Below are positions 1 through 9,238 of a stretch of 40,000 bases of DNA, piece after piece. This stretch comes from Hafnia phage vB_HpaM_Meifeng, in sequence record MW749008.1. One strand, 5' to 3'. Both the position numbers and the translations under genes were made by a program. The first letter of the stretch is position 1. Each line of letters opens with the position of its first letter. Under the pieces are notes generated by a model that saw only the letters and a list, made by a program, of their open reading frames with translations, was not told the DNA's origin and did no database searches.

Positions 1-1
1 C

Positions 2-1348
2 TTAACCGGCAAGAGCTTTGAGCCTTGCCAGAGCATTAGAAGTTGGCGCAAAGGCCATGATCAAGGAGTCGGCCATGTTAGGCGACGGGATGCCGCGCTT
101 TTTCATGTCCTTTTTGCTTTCAACTTTCACTCTGCCGTTATTGTCGTAATCAACACGTGGACGCGAAAGTTCTGCCTTGAGGTATTCGAGGTTTTTGATA
201 TCGGATGAAAGGCTTATTAGTTTGTCATCAGGGAAGGATTCACCATGCTCTATCGCTCTCCATGTATTGTAGAAGCGCTGTCTAACCATCCACCAAGCTT
301 GTGCCTTTAGGTTGGAGAACATGTCTTTGTTTGTTTTACCTGGCATGTATTCGCTATCAGGCTCAAATACAGCGGCGGCGGCATTGAATCCCTCCACCTG
401 ACTTCTGGCAATGCGATTGAGTTGCGCCTTAACACCGGCGCCAACGCCGATTGAGTCATAAATAACCTTGTCTGCACTGATGCTGTCTGCATACTGGTTT
501 ACTCGGTTGGCAGACTCGATTACATCGCCACGACTCCACTCCTGCACATCCTTAACAACTGATCCGTGTGCCATTGTGATGGCGTTGCTATCTTCCCCTT
601 CATCTGCAACGTCAAATCCGATTCTCTTGGCACCAGACGCAGTGAATTTGAGTTTTATATGGGAATCTACTGCTGCGGCAATCCATGAAGGTTTGATGAT
701 AGCAAGGTCGCTATCCGCTACTGGCTGCCCCTCCCAAATGTGCTGATAAAGATCGAAGTCTTTACGCTTGCACTCCTCCATCTCTAGGCGCAATACATCA
801 GGAAAGTGAGGGTTATCATTCCAGTTAACCGTTAGTAGGCAAATGTCATCAGGTGGATTGATAACGAACCTTTGGTGCGTATCGTCCAAAATATTTTTCG
901 GGTTGTAACTAACCCATATCTCGCTGCCGGGCTTTCGAATAGTGGGGATCAGCACATCCCAACTCTCTTTGGTTACCGCCTCAGCTTCCTCTACCCAGCA
1001 AATATCGATACCTTCCAATGATTTCACTTTCGTGATGTTGTTCTTAATTCCGTAGAACATGAACAAGCTGTTGGTAGCAATATGCCTGATGTAGACCTTC
1101 TGAATCTCAAACTCGCTGTTATACCCTTCGCGCTCTATCGTATCTGCGATCAACTGAATAACTGAGTCGGCGATACTGGCCTGAAACTCACGAGCGCAGA
1201 GAAATCGATATGATCCTCTTCGCGCTATTTCAACCAAGAGCCTTGCAATTGACCACGACTTACCACTACCGCGCCCACCCTTAGCTACCTTGTAGCGGTG
1301 TGGCTTGATAAACGGCTTGAATACTGGATTAAGCGTCGTCATCTTCAA
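2..1348 (-). CDS. terL: Terminase large subunit (PBSX/Terminase_3-like)
   Basis: 448 aa; Walker A GGRGSGKS near the N-terminus, WVEEAE Walker B-like and a C-terminal nuclease-like half; directly downstream of a terS-like ORF. Stop codon at 2-4. Confidence 0.95.
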   Translation of the reverse strand: MKMTTLNPVFKPFIKPHRYKVAKGGRGSGKSWSIARLLVEIARRGSYRFLCAREFQASIADSVIQLIADTIEREGYNSEFEIQKVYIRHIATNSLFMFYGIKNNITKVKSLEGIDICWVEEAEAVTKESWDVLIPTIRKPGSEIWVSYNPKNILDDTHQRFVINPPDDICLLTVNWNDNPHFPDVLRLEMEECKRKDFDLYQHIWEGQPVADSDLAIIKPSWIAAAVDSHIKLKFTASGAKRIGFDVADEGEDSNAITMAHGSVVKDVQEWSRGDVIESANRVNQYADSISADKVIYDSIGVGAGVKAQLNRIARSQVEGFNAAAAVFEPDSEYMPGKTNKDMFSNLKAQAWWMVRQRFYNTWRAIEHGESFPDDKLISLSSDIKNLEYLKAELSRPRVDYDNNGRVKVESKKDMKKRGIPSPNMADSLIMAFAPTSNALARLKALAG

Positions 1349-1904
1349 AAAGCTCCGATAGCGGTTTTGTCGCAGTGATGGTTAGCTTCGACTCTTTTGG
1401 CGGCTCCCATCCCTGCAAATCTGCCAGTTGCTTTATTGCTGCCTTTGGGTCGTGGAGCTTTATCGATATTCCACGTTTCCCAGCAGTCAGCTCAGATATA
1501 GCAGATAAGGCACCTGCGCTTTGTAGGGCTGAATTCTTGAACCGCCATCCGGCCTGAATAATCGGATTGCCATTATCGTCTGTACCGCACTCTGCTTCGC
1601 TAAACTCGACCATCTCATGTAGGGATGCTCTTGCCATCAAACTAAGGCGCTCAAGAGCCTCCTGACGAGTCATAACGGCATCAGAGATGGCTACCTTATT
1701 CATTTCGTCAACGAAGGCTCTAACCTTGGGATTTCTATAGATTTCGCTTGCGCTAGCATGAGCGTTCTCTTCCTTTTTTGCCTTGCCCCCAGCCTTCCTG
1801 TAGGCGTCTATTTGGGTTAACCCCTCAACGATGCCTAACGCAAACTTTTGCTGTGATTTGGTCATGGCATCGAATAGGGCTTTCTGGTGTTCAGTTAGCT
1901 CCAT
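1329..1904 (-). CDS. terS: Terminase small subunit
   Basis: [41 protein letters not shown] is typical of small terminases; ATG at 1904 preceded by AAAAAGGAATCGAC; overlaps the terL start. Confidence 0.88.
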   Translation of the reverse strand: MELTEHQKALFDAMTKSQQKFALGIVEGLTQIDAYRKAGGKAKKEENAHASASEIYRNPKVRAFVDEMNKVAISDAVMTRQEALERLSLMARASLHEMVEFSEAECGTDDNGNPIIQAGWRFKNSALQSAGALSAISELTAGKRGISIKLHDPKAAIKQLADLQGWEPPKESKLTITATKPLSELFEDDDA

Positions 1905-2303
1905 GTCGATTCCTTTTTGATTGTCATTAAACATGGCTCTTATAAGAACCATCTGTAATGTAAGCCGTCTGTTCCGGCTGTCAGTGACATTTCATCCGCC
2001 ATCGCAGTCACCGCGAACCATGAGGGGCAAACCGTACAAAACCCCGGCGTTATCCCTTACATCTTATTCCGCGCACTCGTCCCGAGGAGAACCAGTATTA
2101 CTGGAGGGAGTCTTCGTTAAACGCGAGAGATGTGTTTACGTGAAGAGGGATGGACTAACACGACCACTGAGTGGTAAATGAATTTTATTCGCCAGACTCG
2201 CGCAGCCTCTCGGATGTGCTAACTGACTTACGGCTTACCCGTCAGCAAGATTGGATCACCATCCTTTCGGGGTTATGCAATCTGTTTCCTTGTCGGGAGG
2301 AAT

Positions 2304-2852
2304 TCATTCCTGTAGTGCTTTAGCGACACCGGGAAGAGATATTTGTCCGCGCTGGTCAATGCGCTCGATTCGCGCCAGCAACGCAGGTTTTTTTACTCGT
2401 CCCCAGCGGTTCAGTAATCGCCCAGACATGCTGGCCACATCTTTCTCTTTCATATATTCGAGCATGACGGCGTTGCGTTCTGCCTCATAGCTTTCACTGT
2501 ATTTTCTGAGCTCACTGGTCATCCAGTTGAAGGCATTGATGTATGCCTCTTTAACTGCATCAGCCTTTGCACCATTGAATCCCATGACCAACATAACGAA
2601 GCCGCTGAAGTCCATTCGGTAATACTTTTGCTTCTTATCAAATATTCCTAACTCATTGATTTTCTCGACAACCCAAAAGTGGGCCTTCGTGAAATCAGTC
2701 GAGCAGTGAAGGTTTTCCAGTGCGCGAATAACGTGTTGGTGTCTTTTGCCAAATGCCTTGGCTATCTGGAATGTATCGGTCACCGGCTCACCTTCTGCCG
2801 CCGATACTAGCTGACGAAAATCAAAATCAGGGATGACCTGTAAATTGTTCAT
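2304..2852 (-). CDS. Rha-family phage regulatory / antirepressor-like protein
   Basis: VTDTFQIAKAFGKRHQHVIRALENL...FTKAHFWVVEKI...YYRMDFSGFVMLVMGFNG is a classic Rha-type N-terminus. The track ORF extends 28 codons further upstream, but ATG 2852 fits better. Confidence 0.8.
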   Translation of the reverse strand: MNNLQVIPDFDFRQLVSAAEGEPVTDTFQIAKAFGKRHQHVIRALENLHCSTDFTKAHFWVVEKINELGIFDKKQKYYRMDFSGFVMLVMGFNGAKADAVKEAYINAFNWMTSELRKYSESYEAERNAVMLEYMKEKDVASMSGRLLNRWGRVKKPALLARIERIDQRGQISLPGVAKALQE

Positions 2853-3076
2853 AGCGTTTGCCTTACTTTGAGATGAACCTTTGCCGCATAGGAAATCAGT
2901 CCATCGAGGCTCGCCAGCACTAACTGACTTCCTCAAAGGCTCATTTCAAAGGGTGGGTTCGATGTGGTTATTTGCGCTGCGGTGCGCGGGGAAATGCGGT
3001 TTTGCTAACTACGAAAATTTCGCAGTTTGATTAGTTGTCGATTTGATTGTTTATTTGCACAGGTGAAATGAAGGTA

Positions 3077-3102
3077 TAAAAAAGCCCCACCGAAGTGAGG
3101 CT
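3077..3102 (-). terminator. Intrinsic terminator after the lysis cassette
   Basis: Minus strand AGCCTCAC-TTCG-GTGGGGCT followed by TTTTTT: 8-bp stem with UUCG tetraloop. Confidence 0.85.
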
Positions 3103-3193
3103 ATAAAGTGGTAACGGATGCTTTACCCCGATAAATCAGGCGATTTAAGGGATTAAGCTTTTTCAGCTCTTCTTCCCGCATGGTCACCTCCTA

Positions 3194-3646
3194 TCATTTT
3201 AAGCACTGGGTGCGGATATAACTCTGCAACCCGTTAATCATTATTTCGGATTGTCTGATTCGTTCGACGAGACTGAGATAATTGCGTTCAAACTCTGCAT
3301 CATATCTGGGGCCGGTTGCATCAGGCTCGCCGGAGGGTGCTGTGGTTTCGGGCAGCTTTGGACAACTTGCCGCGATACGCAGCCGCTTAGTGCCGTCACC
3401 AATACCAGCGCGGATAAGATCAACTTCACTTTTTGCATTGGCTAATTCCTGAGTGACTTTGATATCCAGTTCGGCTGCCTGTACCCGCTGACGCTGGATG
3501 TTTTCGAGGTCTGCTTTCTGCTGATTGGCTACTTGAGTGATTTCTTTTAGTTCGGAACTAAGTGACTGCATCTGGCTTGTCGTGTACCACATGCCAACTA
3601 GTAGAGCGATGATGACAGCGATCAGTACGGTAGTGATTCTACTCAT
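3194..3646 (-). CDS. Rz: Rz-like i-spanin
   Basis: N-terminal TM segment plus charged coiled coil, located after endolysin, with a nested Rz1. Confidence 0.85.
   Translation of the reverse strand: MSRITTVLIAVIIALLVGMWYTTSQMQSLSSELKEITQVANQQKADLENIQRQRVQAAELDIKVTQELANAKSEVDLIRAGIGDGTKRLRIAASCPKLPETTAPSGEPDATGPRYDAEFERNYLSLVERIRQSEIMINGLQSYIRTQCLK
3241..3438 (-). CDS. Rz1: Rz1-like o-spanin lipoprotein nested in Rz
   Basis: MQKVKLILSALVLVTALSGCVSR lipobox (LSGC), proline-containing short protein, embedded in another frame of Rz. Confidence 0.85.
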   Translation of the reverse strand: MQKVKLILSALVLVTALSGCVSRQVVQSCPKPQHPPASLMQPAPDMMQSLNAIISVSSNESDNPK

Positions 3647-4254
3647 GACAACACCGATAGCGCTTTGCTATATCTAGCTTTACGGTCATCAAGGCCATTA
3701 GTTCCGCCGTTAATAATCCGTGTGATCTTCTCTATATCACCAGAATATTTTAGGCAGCCATTTGCTACGTAGAACCACGCCGCCGAACGCGCTGCATGCT
3801 GATCACTCTCCAGCAGTTCCGGATTGGAAACCAAATCAAGCCTTAGACCAGCACCGCATGCGCGGTAATTATCCTGACCGGTAATCTGAATCAGTCCGCG
3901 CCCTCGGTATTTCCAACCATCACCAGCATCTCTATTTCCCATTCGACCGCCGTAAACCAGATTAGCAATGGCCGGTTGGTTGGCTGGATGAGCTGACGTT
4001 CTGCCAAGGTCGTTAGCCTGTTGAGATGTTACTCGCTTACCGAATGTTGAAAGCAAAGCTTGCGGAGTGTAATTCAATGATTCTACTGTCTGCTTGAAAC
4101 TACCGGACTCATGACCAACCTGAGCAATGAACATCGCTTGGTCTACTGGTGTCACAATGCCAAATTCTTTCATTGCCGCGTCGATGTGCGGAAACCATCG
4201 AGACGCTAAATCAGCACTGATGCCAGCGGCCTGCTGAAAATCACTAATTTGCAT
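3643..4254 (-). CDS. Endolysin, glycoside hydrolase family 19 (chitinase-like)
   Basis: FIAQVGHESGSF...YGGRMGN...DGWKYRGRGLIQITGQDNY is the GH19 phage endolysin signature. Confidence 0.92.
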   Translation of the reverse strand: MQISDFQQAAGISADLASRWFPHIDAAMKEFGIVTPVDQAMFIAQVGHESGSFKQTVESLNYTPQALLSTFGKRVTSQQANDLGRTSAHPANQPAIANLVYGGRMGNRDAGDGWKYRGRGLIQITGQDNYRACGAGLRLDLVSNPELLESDQHAARSAAWFYVANGCLKYSGDIEKITRIINGGTNGLDDRKARYSKALSVLS

Positions 4255-4564
4255 TTTTCATCCCCGTGATACGTTCCCAGAAAAATGACAGCGCTACGCT
4301 ACCCATCGTCCCAGACATACCAGCTACGACTAAGACGTAATAAATACTTAGCCCAGACTCAATGCTGATCAGACCACCAATCAATCCAGCAAAGCCAGAT
4401 ACGGCAACCTGAGCGAAAGCAGCCACCCAGCTCCATGCCGTCTTATTTGTTTTTGTATCGATGATGTATTTAACGAAGCCGCCGTAAATGGACATAGCAG
4501 CAATAAGAACCCATACGACTAAACCGTATGAGCTCGGGTCTTTGTTTGGCATACGCATATCCAC
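4244..4564 (-). CDS. Holin, multi-TM
   Basis: About 106 aa with three hydrophobic segments immediately upstream of the endolysin and overlapping it. Confidence 0.8.
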   Translation of the reverse strand: MDMRMPNKDPSSYGLVVWVLIAAMSIYGGFVKYIIDTKTNKTAWSWVAAFAQVAVSGFAGLIGGLISIESGLSIYYVLVVAGMSGTMGSVALSFFWERITGMKNAN

Positions 4565-4681
4565 CTCCCCGATAGGGAACGGCGCTTTTATTGTGTGTAG
4601 GGAATAGCGTCACCCGTATCCATGCCAGACAAGGAATGTGTGAGTGCAGTTGGTTGGTTTTGGATGACGCTAAATTAGAAT

Positions 4682-4756
4682 TGGTGCTGGGCAAAGGAAT
4701 CGAACCTCTGACGCGCTGCTTACAAGGCAGCCGTTCTACCACTGAACTAGACCAGC
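4682..4756 (-). tRNA. tRNA-Thr (anticodon TGT), CCA encoded
   Basis: GCTGGTC TA GTTC..GAAC G GCTGC-CTTGTAA-GCAGC ... AGAGG TTCGATT CCTTT GCCCAGC A CCA; full cloverleaf by hand (75 nt). One acceptor mismatch at position 6:67 (T:C). Confidence 0.9.
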
Positions 4757-4759
4757 AGT

Positions 4760-4836
4760 TGGCGCACCATTCAGGGATCGAACCTGAAACCGATAGCTTA
4801 GAAGGCTATTGCTCTGTCCTGTTGAGCTAATGGCGC
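4760..4836 (-). tRNA. tRNA-Arg (anticodon TCT), CCA encoded
   Basis: GCGCCAT TA GCTC..GAGC A ATAGC-CTTCTAA-GCTAT ... TCAGG TTCGATC CCTGA ATGGTGC G CCA; full cloverleaf (77 nt). Confidence 0.93.
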
Positions 4837-4843
4837 TAAATGC

Positions 4844-4875
4844 AAAAAGCCCCGAGCTATTAACTCAGGGCTTGA
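4844..4875 (-). terminator. Intrinsic terminator upstream of the tRNA pair
   Basis: Minus strand AAGCCCTGAG-TTAATAG-CTCGGGGCTTTTT. Confidence 0.8.
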
Positions 4876-5225
4876 AATTGGGATTGTGGTGGCTGGTGCT
4901 GAACTCCAGCATGGTGGCGATAGGCGCATGGCGTCGCCTCGTTTTACATCTTGTCCGATCTGCCGAACTCCTCAGCCTTACACGCGTAGCTGAGTGGCTT
5001 TATCGGTCTTGCCAGCGCGCTGAGTGATCCTCATGGATTATCTGACAAGTTCTCGTTCACCTGATTAGCGCATCAGCCTGCGCATTCACCACAACTGTCA
5101 TGAGCACTGCTCAGCGCCAGACCTGCGAAGAAGGCGGATTCAGGTTCCTTCAATACTCATGCAGTTGTGCAGCATACCAAACGCTCCGGTTTACCCTTCT
5201 TCGCTGAGTGATGTGCTGAAAAATA

Positions 5226-5251
5226 AAAAAGGCCAGCGATTAAGCCAGCCT
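5226..5251 (-). terminator. Terminator in the leader just after the Q-position gene (tR'-like)
   Basis: Minus strand GGCTGGC-TTAATC-GCTGGCC followed by TTTTTTATTTTT. Confidence 0.75.
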
Positions 5252-5342
5252 TTTCTTTGTTACTGCGCTCTTTCGCTTTTGCTCCCGAGCATGCATCAAA
5301 TTTATAATAATGCTTGCCCTTTTGCTTTAGCTATTCGTGCTA

Positions 5343-5969
5343 TTAAGCTGCTTGATGTAGAATTTCTTTCTCCATTTCTCTTTTTGATGAGTAATAGAGT
5401 TCCCCATCAAGGATACTTTCAGCCCATTCTATTCTATTTCGAGACTCTTTTGCTGATATCCCTGTCAATGCAGAAAGCGATCGAATCAAGTCTTGCGAGC
5501 TTTTGCGCCGGCAGTATTTTAATCTAGCCATAGAACGAATCGGGTTATCTCTTCCTAACACCTTCGTTATCAGTCGCTCCATAAAGGCGGCATCATCTGA
5601 TTCTTTGGCGAGAGCGATGATGTTGCCTGCTGCTGATTTTGGAATGATGATATCTCTGGCCCTGCGGTGTAGCTCCTCATCTCGATATCCTTGGGCAAAA
5701 AGCTCCGTGACAGTGCTTTCTATCTGCTTGCTTTTCTGTTCACTCCATTCGCATCGCATCATTAAGCGGCCTATTACATTGACCTCTCCGCGTGGAGACT
5801 CATCGCCTCGCATATGATCACCCCAAACTCTTAGCATGTAGCGTATCCACTGTCGCTGGGAGTCGTTGATAGTTTTCCATCCATTACCAAACAAACGACG
5901 CATATCCGTTTCACGGCGTATGAATGCCAGCTTGGATAGTTGCTCAAGGTCATATCTATCTTGTCTCAT
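5343..5969 (-). CDS. Putative late antitermination/regulatory protein at the Q position (DUF1133-like)
   Basis: 208 aa basic protein between ninH and a tR'-like terminator/lysis module; family assignment from position and general resemblance only. Confidence 0.5.
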   Translation of the reverse strand: MRQDRYDLEQLSKLAFIRRETDMRRLFGNGWKTINDSQRQWIRYMLRVWGDHMRGDESPRGEVNVIGRLMMRCEWSEQKSKQIESTVTELFAQGYRDEELHRRARDIIIPKSAAGNIIALAKESDDAAFMERLITKVLGRDNPIRSMARLKYCRRKSSQDLIRSLSALTGISAKESRNRIEWAESILDGELYYSSKREMEKEILHQAA

Positions 5970-6169
5970 CGCTTACCCCACCTGTTCTTCCCGCAATCTC
6001 CGCGAGCTGTCATGAATACGCCGTTTACTATGGCGTGGCGCTTAGCCTCTTTGTCGTTGAGGTATTTGGATATAGTTTCTCTGTTGATGTGTAGGCGTCG
6101 TGCTAGCTCGCTCTGATTACCGTATGTATCAACTAGCATGTCGGGTATGGTTCGAATTTCAGCATTCAT
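5966..6169 (-). CDS. ninH: NinH-like DNA-binding protein
   Basis: TIPDMLVDTYGNQSELARRLHINRETISKYLNDKEAKRHAIVNGVFM closely follows lambda NinH. Confidence 0.88.
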   Translation of the reverse strand: MNAEIRTIPDMLVDTYGNQSELARRLHINRETISKYLNDKEAKRHAIVNGVFMTARGDCGKNRWGKR

Positions 6170-6786
6170 GCAGCCTCCAAATGTTGCTTTTCGATGCCCC
6201 TCAATTTCTTTCTGTATAGCGCCCTGATGCTGTCCAATTCTTCTCTGGTGTATCGGTATGTCTCGTTGTTACTTTCGAGCGCCTCGACTCGCTCAAGCCC
6301 GATTTTCTTTATCAGGTTGAGTCGGTATGGACCTATATCACCGGATTTGTGGACGTTACAGGCAGAACATTGAAGGTGTACGTTGTCTTCGTTAAATCTG
6401 AGATGTGATGCAGCCGCCGTTGTCCTGAAATGCCCAGCGTGGAAACTGACTGCGTTCTTAGTTCCACAGCTGATGCATCCACACCCTCGATCCCTAGCCC
6501 TGATGTAGTCGTTGAATACTCGCTGAGTCATGTTTATCCAGTGGGATAGCGGCTTTGCATCTGCCTTGCGTTTTCTCCATTTGCGACGAGATTCATCCTC
6601 AGCTTGTTTCTGCTGATTCTCTTTCTGTCGTTTTTGGTATTTGATTGCGCAGAGCGGCGAGCAAACTATTTGAAGGGGTCTATCAGGAGTGAATTTGGTT
6701 TTACATATCGGGCATTTCTTTGGTTTCGGCTTTTTAGCCTTGAGCAATTGGCACCTCCGAGGAGTATGACCCATACCACAATCCAT
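6166..6786 (-). CDS. ninG: NinG/Rap recombination protein
   Basis: CPICKTKF...CSPLCAIKYQ...CISCG..AVSFHAGHFRTTAAASHLRFNEDNVHLQCSACN..KSG is the NinG signature. Confidence 0.92.
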   Translation of the reverse strand: MDCGMGHTPRRCQLLKAKKPKPKKCPICKTKFTPDRPLQIVCSPLCAIKYQKRQKENQQKQAEDESRRKWRKRKADAKPLSHWINMTQRVFNDYIRARDRGCGCISCGTKNAVSFHAGHFRTTAAASHLRFNEDNVHLQCSACNVHKSGDIGPYRLNLIKKIGLERVEALESNNETYRYTREELDSIRALYRKKLRGIEKQHLEAA

Positions 6787-7096
6787 CTTGATGAAGCTCT
6801 AAAGGCACTCTTATGGTGTTATTAGAATTGGGACTAATGGTTCTGAATATCCTTTTGGAGCAGGAAAATGAGCCTGTTTTGCTAACTTGGAATCCATCGG
6901 CAATTAAGCCAACTCGAAGCATTTTTTTCTCTTCATCGATTTCAATGTCTATCCGCTCACCGCTCAAGCAAGTCGCTTTTGAAACGTGAACTCCGGTTGA
7001 ACCAGATGTTGTCATTCTGAATGAGATTATTGGCTGCCCAACACCGCGGCCGCGAAGCCTTAGTTTTTTTACCTGTGATTCAAATGCCATTCTCAC
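6734..7096 (-). CDS. Hypothetical protein
   Basis: 120 aa ORF in a tightly packed minus-strand operon, overlapping its neighbours. Confidence 0.5.
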   Translation of the reverse strand: MRMAFESQVKKLRLRGRGVGQPIISFRMTTSGSTGVHVSKATCLSGERIDIEIDEEKKMLRVGLIADGFQVSKTGSFSCSKRIFRTISPNSNNTIRVPLELHQDGLWYGSYSSEVPIAQG

Positions 7097-7400
7097 TCTC
7101 CTTCATCATCAGGTAGACGATCATGGCTGCGCGGAGGGGGTTCTTATCCTCAACCAAGAACTTTGATGCTATGCCAAATTTAGTAGGCCACGCTTGAGGG
7201 AGGGTGTGACGATATGGAACTATCGCTATATTATTATCAACAATAATAGGCCATGCATCTGATGGGTTGTTGCAGGGGGCGAAGCGGCATTCCTCCTCCG
7301 CGTTCCAAATGTAATCAGCGTAGTATGTGAATCTTATTGGTAGCGTTTCTGCTACCCGAGAGTTAATTTCGTCATCAGACAATTTGCTGTAATCAGTCAT
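7080..7400 (-). CDS. NinX/DUF2591-like phage protein
   Basis: MTDYSKLSDDEINSRVAETL... and ...NNPSDAWPIIVDNNIAIVP resemble the DUF2591 family; context nin region. Confidence 0.65.
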   Translation of the reverse strand: MTDYSKLSDDEINSRVAETLPIRFTYYADYIWNAEEECRFAPCNNPSDAWPIIVDNNIAIVPYRHTLPQAWPTKFGIASKFLVEDKNPLRAAMIVYLMMKESENGI

Positions 7401-7402
7401 GT

Positions 7403-7600
7403 CTATCTCCAGATTTTGGATGTCTGTATTTTTGAATTAGGTAGGTAATTTGATTCAGGGAGAAGTGCTTGAACGAACCAGTGACGATTGTCTGCTGATA
7501 GTGATTTAGTGGCCTTCACTCCGTTGTTTTTGTATCTATCGAGTAGTTGATTAGCTTCTTCTGTGGTCATGGGTTCGTGTGTAAACCACGTTCGCTTCAT
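7403..7600 (-). CDS. Small hypothetical nin-region protein
   Basis: MKRTWFTHEPMTTEEANQLLDRYKNNGVKATKSLSADNRHWFVQALLPE...; operonic spacing. Confidence 0.55.
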   Translation of the reverse strand: MKRTWFTHEPMTTEEANQLLDRYKNNGVKATKSLSADNRHWFVQALLPESNYLPNSKIQTSKIWR

Positions 7601-7764
7601 CTGCGCCTCCATGGTTTTCTTTTCTTATCCCGCCATGGTTCATTCCTGTTGTAATGGTCAGTAAATGGTTTTGGCGCTGATTCCCATAATCCAATCTTCG
7701 ACGATTTTTTCTGTGTACTTGCTATGCAGTATGCGATTGCATATGAAATAACTGTTTCCTTCAT
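7597..7764 (-). CDS. Small basic hypothetical protein (55 aa)
   Basis: MKETVISYAIAYCIASTQKKSSKIGLWESAPKPF...; ATG overlaps the stop of the upstream gene (ATGA). The longer track start at 7887 overlaps 7761-7991 and is unlikely. Confidence 0.45.
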   Translation of the reverse strand: MKETVISYAIAYCIASTQKKSSKIGLWESAPKPFTDHYNRNEPWRDKKRKPWRRR

Positions 7765-7991
7765 ACGGCCTCCGGTGGCTCGGGGTCGGCAGCTCGATCG
7801 GACTTGTTCTTGTAGTAAACAGCCCAACTCAGTGCATCCAGTTTCTTTCTTCCCGCGGCATCGTAGATATAAATCCCATTCCTGCACTCATGGTTCTCTT
7901 TCACATCTGCTTCAAGTCTTTCTAATTCTTCGTATGTGAGTGTGGCTAGCTTGTGCCTGTCCCATCCGAAGTTACGTGGTAGTTTGCTCAT
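7761..7991 (-). CDS. Hypothetical protein
   Basis: MSKLPRNFGWDRHKLATLTYEELERLEADVKENHECRNGIYIYDAAGRKKLDALSWAVYYKNK; operonic. Confidence 0.6.
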   Translation of the reverse strand: MSKLPRNFGWDRHKLATLTYEELERLEADVKENHECRNGIYIYDAAGRKKLDALSWAVYYKNKSDRAADPEPPEAV

Positions 7992-8443
7992 GCTGCTGAA
8001 CTCCTGTTGTGTTGTTGAGCCCAGCGCATTACCGCCGATGACTCTTCGCTAAACTTCACGCCCTGCTCCGAGCCGAACCAGTAGATAGCCTCAATAACAT
8101 CAATCATCTCGCTTACTCTCATCTTGCTTGTGCGCTGGCCAAACATGACAACTCCGCCGCCGATGCCCGGTGCGGTTCGCTGCTCTTCTTTTTTGGTCTT
8201 GGCTACCAGTGCGGTAATGAGGTCTTTCCAATCATCTTCGTCGTACTTCTGCCCATACCAAACAACCTGCTGAGCTAGGTCATGCAAGAGTGGCCACATT
8301 TTCCTATTTTGTGAAAGCGTGCGCTTGGGTGGGGATAGTTCGATTTCGTATGGCTTGGATTGGTCTAGTGGGAGATTTCTGATTTGTTCGATGGCGTGAC
8401 TTCTGATTTGCTCGGTTCTCAGGTAGAAAACCTTTTTGGTCAT
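7988..8443 (-). CDS. ninB: NinB recombination protein
   Basis: RTLSQNRKMWPLLHDLAQQVVWYGQKYDEDDWKDLITAL...GGVVMFGQRTSKMRVSEMIDVIEAIYWFGSEQGVKFSEE matches NinB. Confidence 0.92.
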   Translation of the reverse strand: MTKKVFYLRTEQIRSHAIEQIRNLPLDQSKPYEIELSPPKRTLSQNRKMWPLLHDLAQQVVWYGQKYDEDDWKDLITALVAKTKKEEQRTAPGIGGGVVMFGQRTSKMRVSEMIDVIEAIYWFGSEQGVKFSEESSAVMRWAQQHNRSSAA

Positions 8444-8445
8444 AG

Positions 8446-8844
8446 TTACCTCGCTTTCTGCTCCACGTTTTTGCACTCGTTTTCAGCATAGAGAATGGCT
8501 GTCCGAGCTGACCTTAACCGCGCCTTGGCGTTCTTCTCTTCGCGCTCTAGGTTGGCGACGTTGCTACGTAGCTCCTTCAGTCTGGCTGCCAGCGTTTCTA
8601 TCTCAGTAACAACGCGCTCGCCGTTATGCGCTCGCTCTAAGATGAACTCAAACGGATCGACAACGCAGCCGCAACGAATACAAGTGATTGTTCGCTCTAC
8701 TTCGCTTACTTCGAGTGTGTGTTTGCAGTGTTTCTGTTGATAGGTTTTCAGATTTGTGGGGACAATGTTTAGCAGCTTTCTCTCTTCGTTATCCGGCTGA
8801 ACTAGCTGCACTACGTTTGCCAGATCATCAGTTTCAGAAGTCAT
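8446..8844 (-). CDS. Zinc-ribbon plus coiled-coil hypothetical protein
   Basis: HCKHTLEVSEVERTITCIRCGCVVDPFEF followed by a charged coiled coil; ATG 8844 overlaps the upstream stop. Confidence 0.6.
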   Translation of the reverse strand: MTSETDDLANVVQLVQPDNEERKLLNIVPTNLKTYQQKHCKHTLEVSEVERTITCIRCGCVVDPFEFILERAHNGERVVTEIETLAARLKELRSNVANLEREEKNAKARLRSARTAILYAENECKNVEQKAR

Positions 8845-9035
8845 CACTCCTCCTTCGGTATGCTGCATACCCATTGGTCTAATGCTTTTTCACATACAGC
8901 TCTGTTCTCATATACGGCGATAGCACCTTTAGCCATTATCTGCTGGTCTCTACTATCGGTAGGAAACGCAGCAGCGGCACCAGCGGCGAAGCCGATAATC
9001 ATCATAATGATGGTGCCTATTGAAGACTTATCCAT
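8844..9035 (-). CDS. Small membrane/secreted hypothetical protein
   Basis: 63 aa, MDKSSIGTIIMMIIGFAAGAAAAFPTDSRDQQIMAKGAIAVYENRAVCEKALDQWVC: signal-like helix then a possible Cys pair. Confidence 0.55.
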   Translation of the reverse strand: MDKSSIGTIIMMIIGFAAGAAAAFPTDSRDQQIMAKGAIAVYENRAVCEKALDQWVCSIPKEE

Positions 9036-9037
9036 AA

Positions 9038-9238
9038 CTACCTCCTGTATGTTCCTTCTATGAGAATTCGGTCATGCGTGACAATCCCTTCGCACTTCCG
9101 TTTTAGTGCTGTCTTTAACGCATCCCTTTTGTACTTTTTAAAGCTGAACTCACGCGCCAAGGCCAGCCAATCTCTATGCATTCTCATGTAAACATTCAGC
9201 ACACTGATAGCAACCAGCTTTCTTGCGTATGTCATCAC
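9038..9238 (-). CDS. Hypothetical protein
   Basis: 66 aa operonic ORF with GGGGGAGTG upstream of ATG. Confidence 0.5.
   Translation of the reverse strand: MMTYARKLVAISVLNVYMRMHRDWLALAREFSFKKYKRDALKTALKRKCEGIVTHDRILIEGTYRR

Noticed and set aside
1921-2303. Possible cos/pac or moron in the gap before terS
   Set aside because: The location fits a packaging site and there are G/C-rich stretches, but I could not identify a defined repeat or cohesive-end motif, so no feature is claimed.
4470-5527. Several ORFs across the tRNA pair and late leader
   Set aside because: They read through tRNA genes and terminators; no RBS or recognisable domain.
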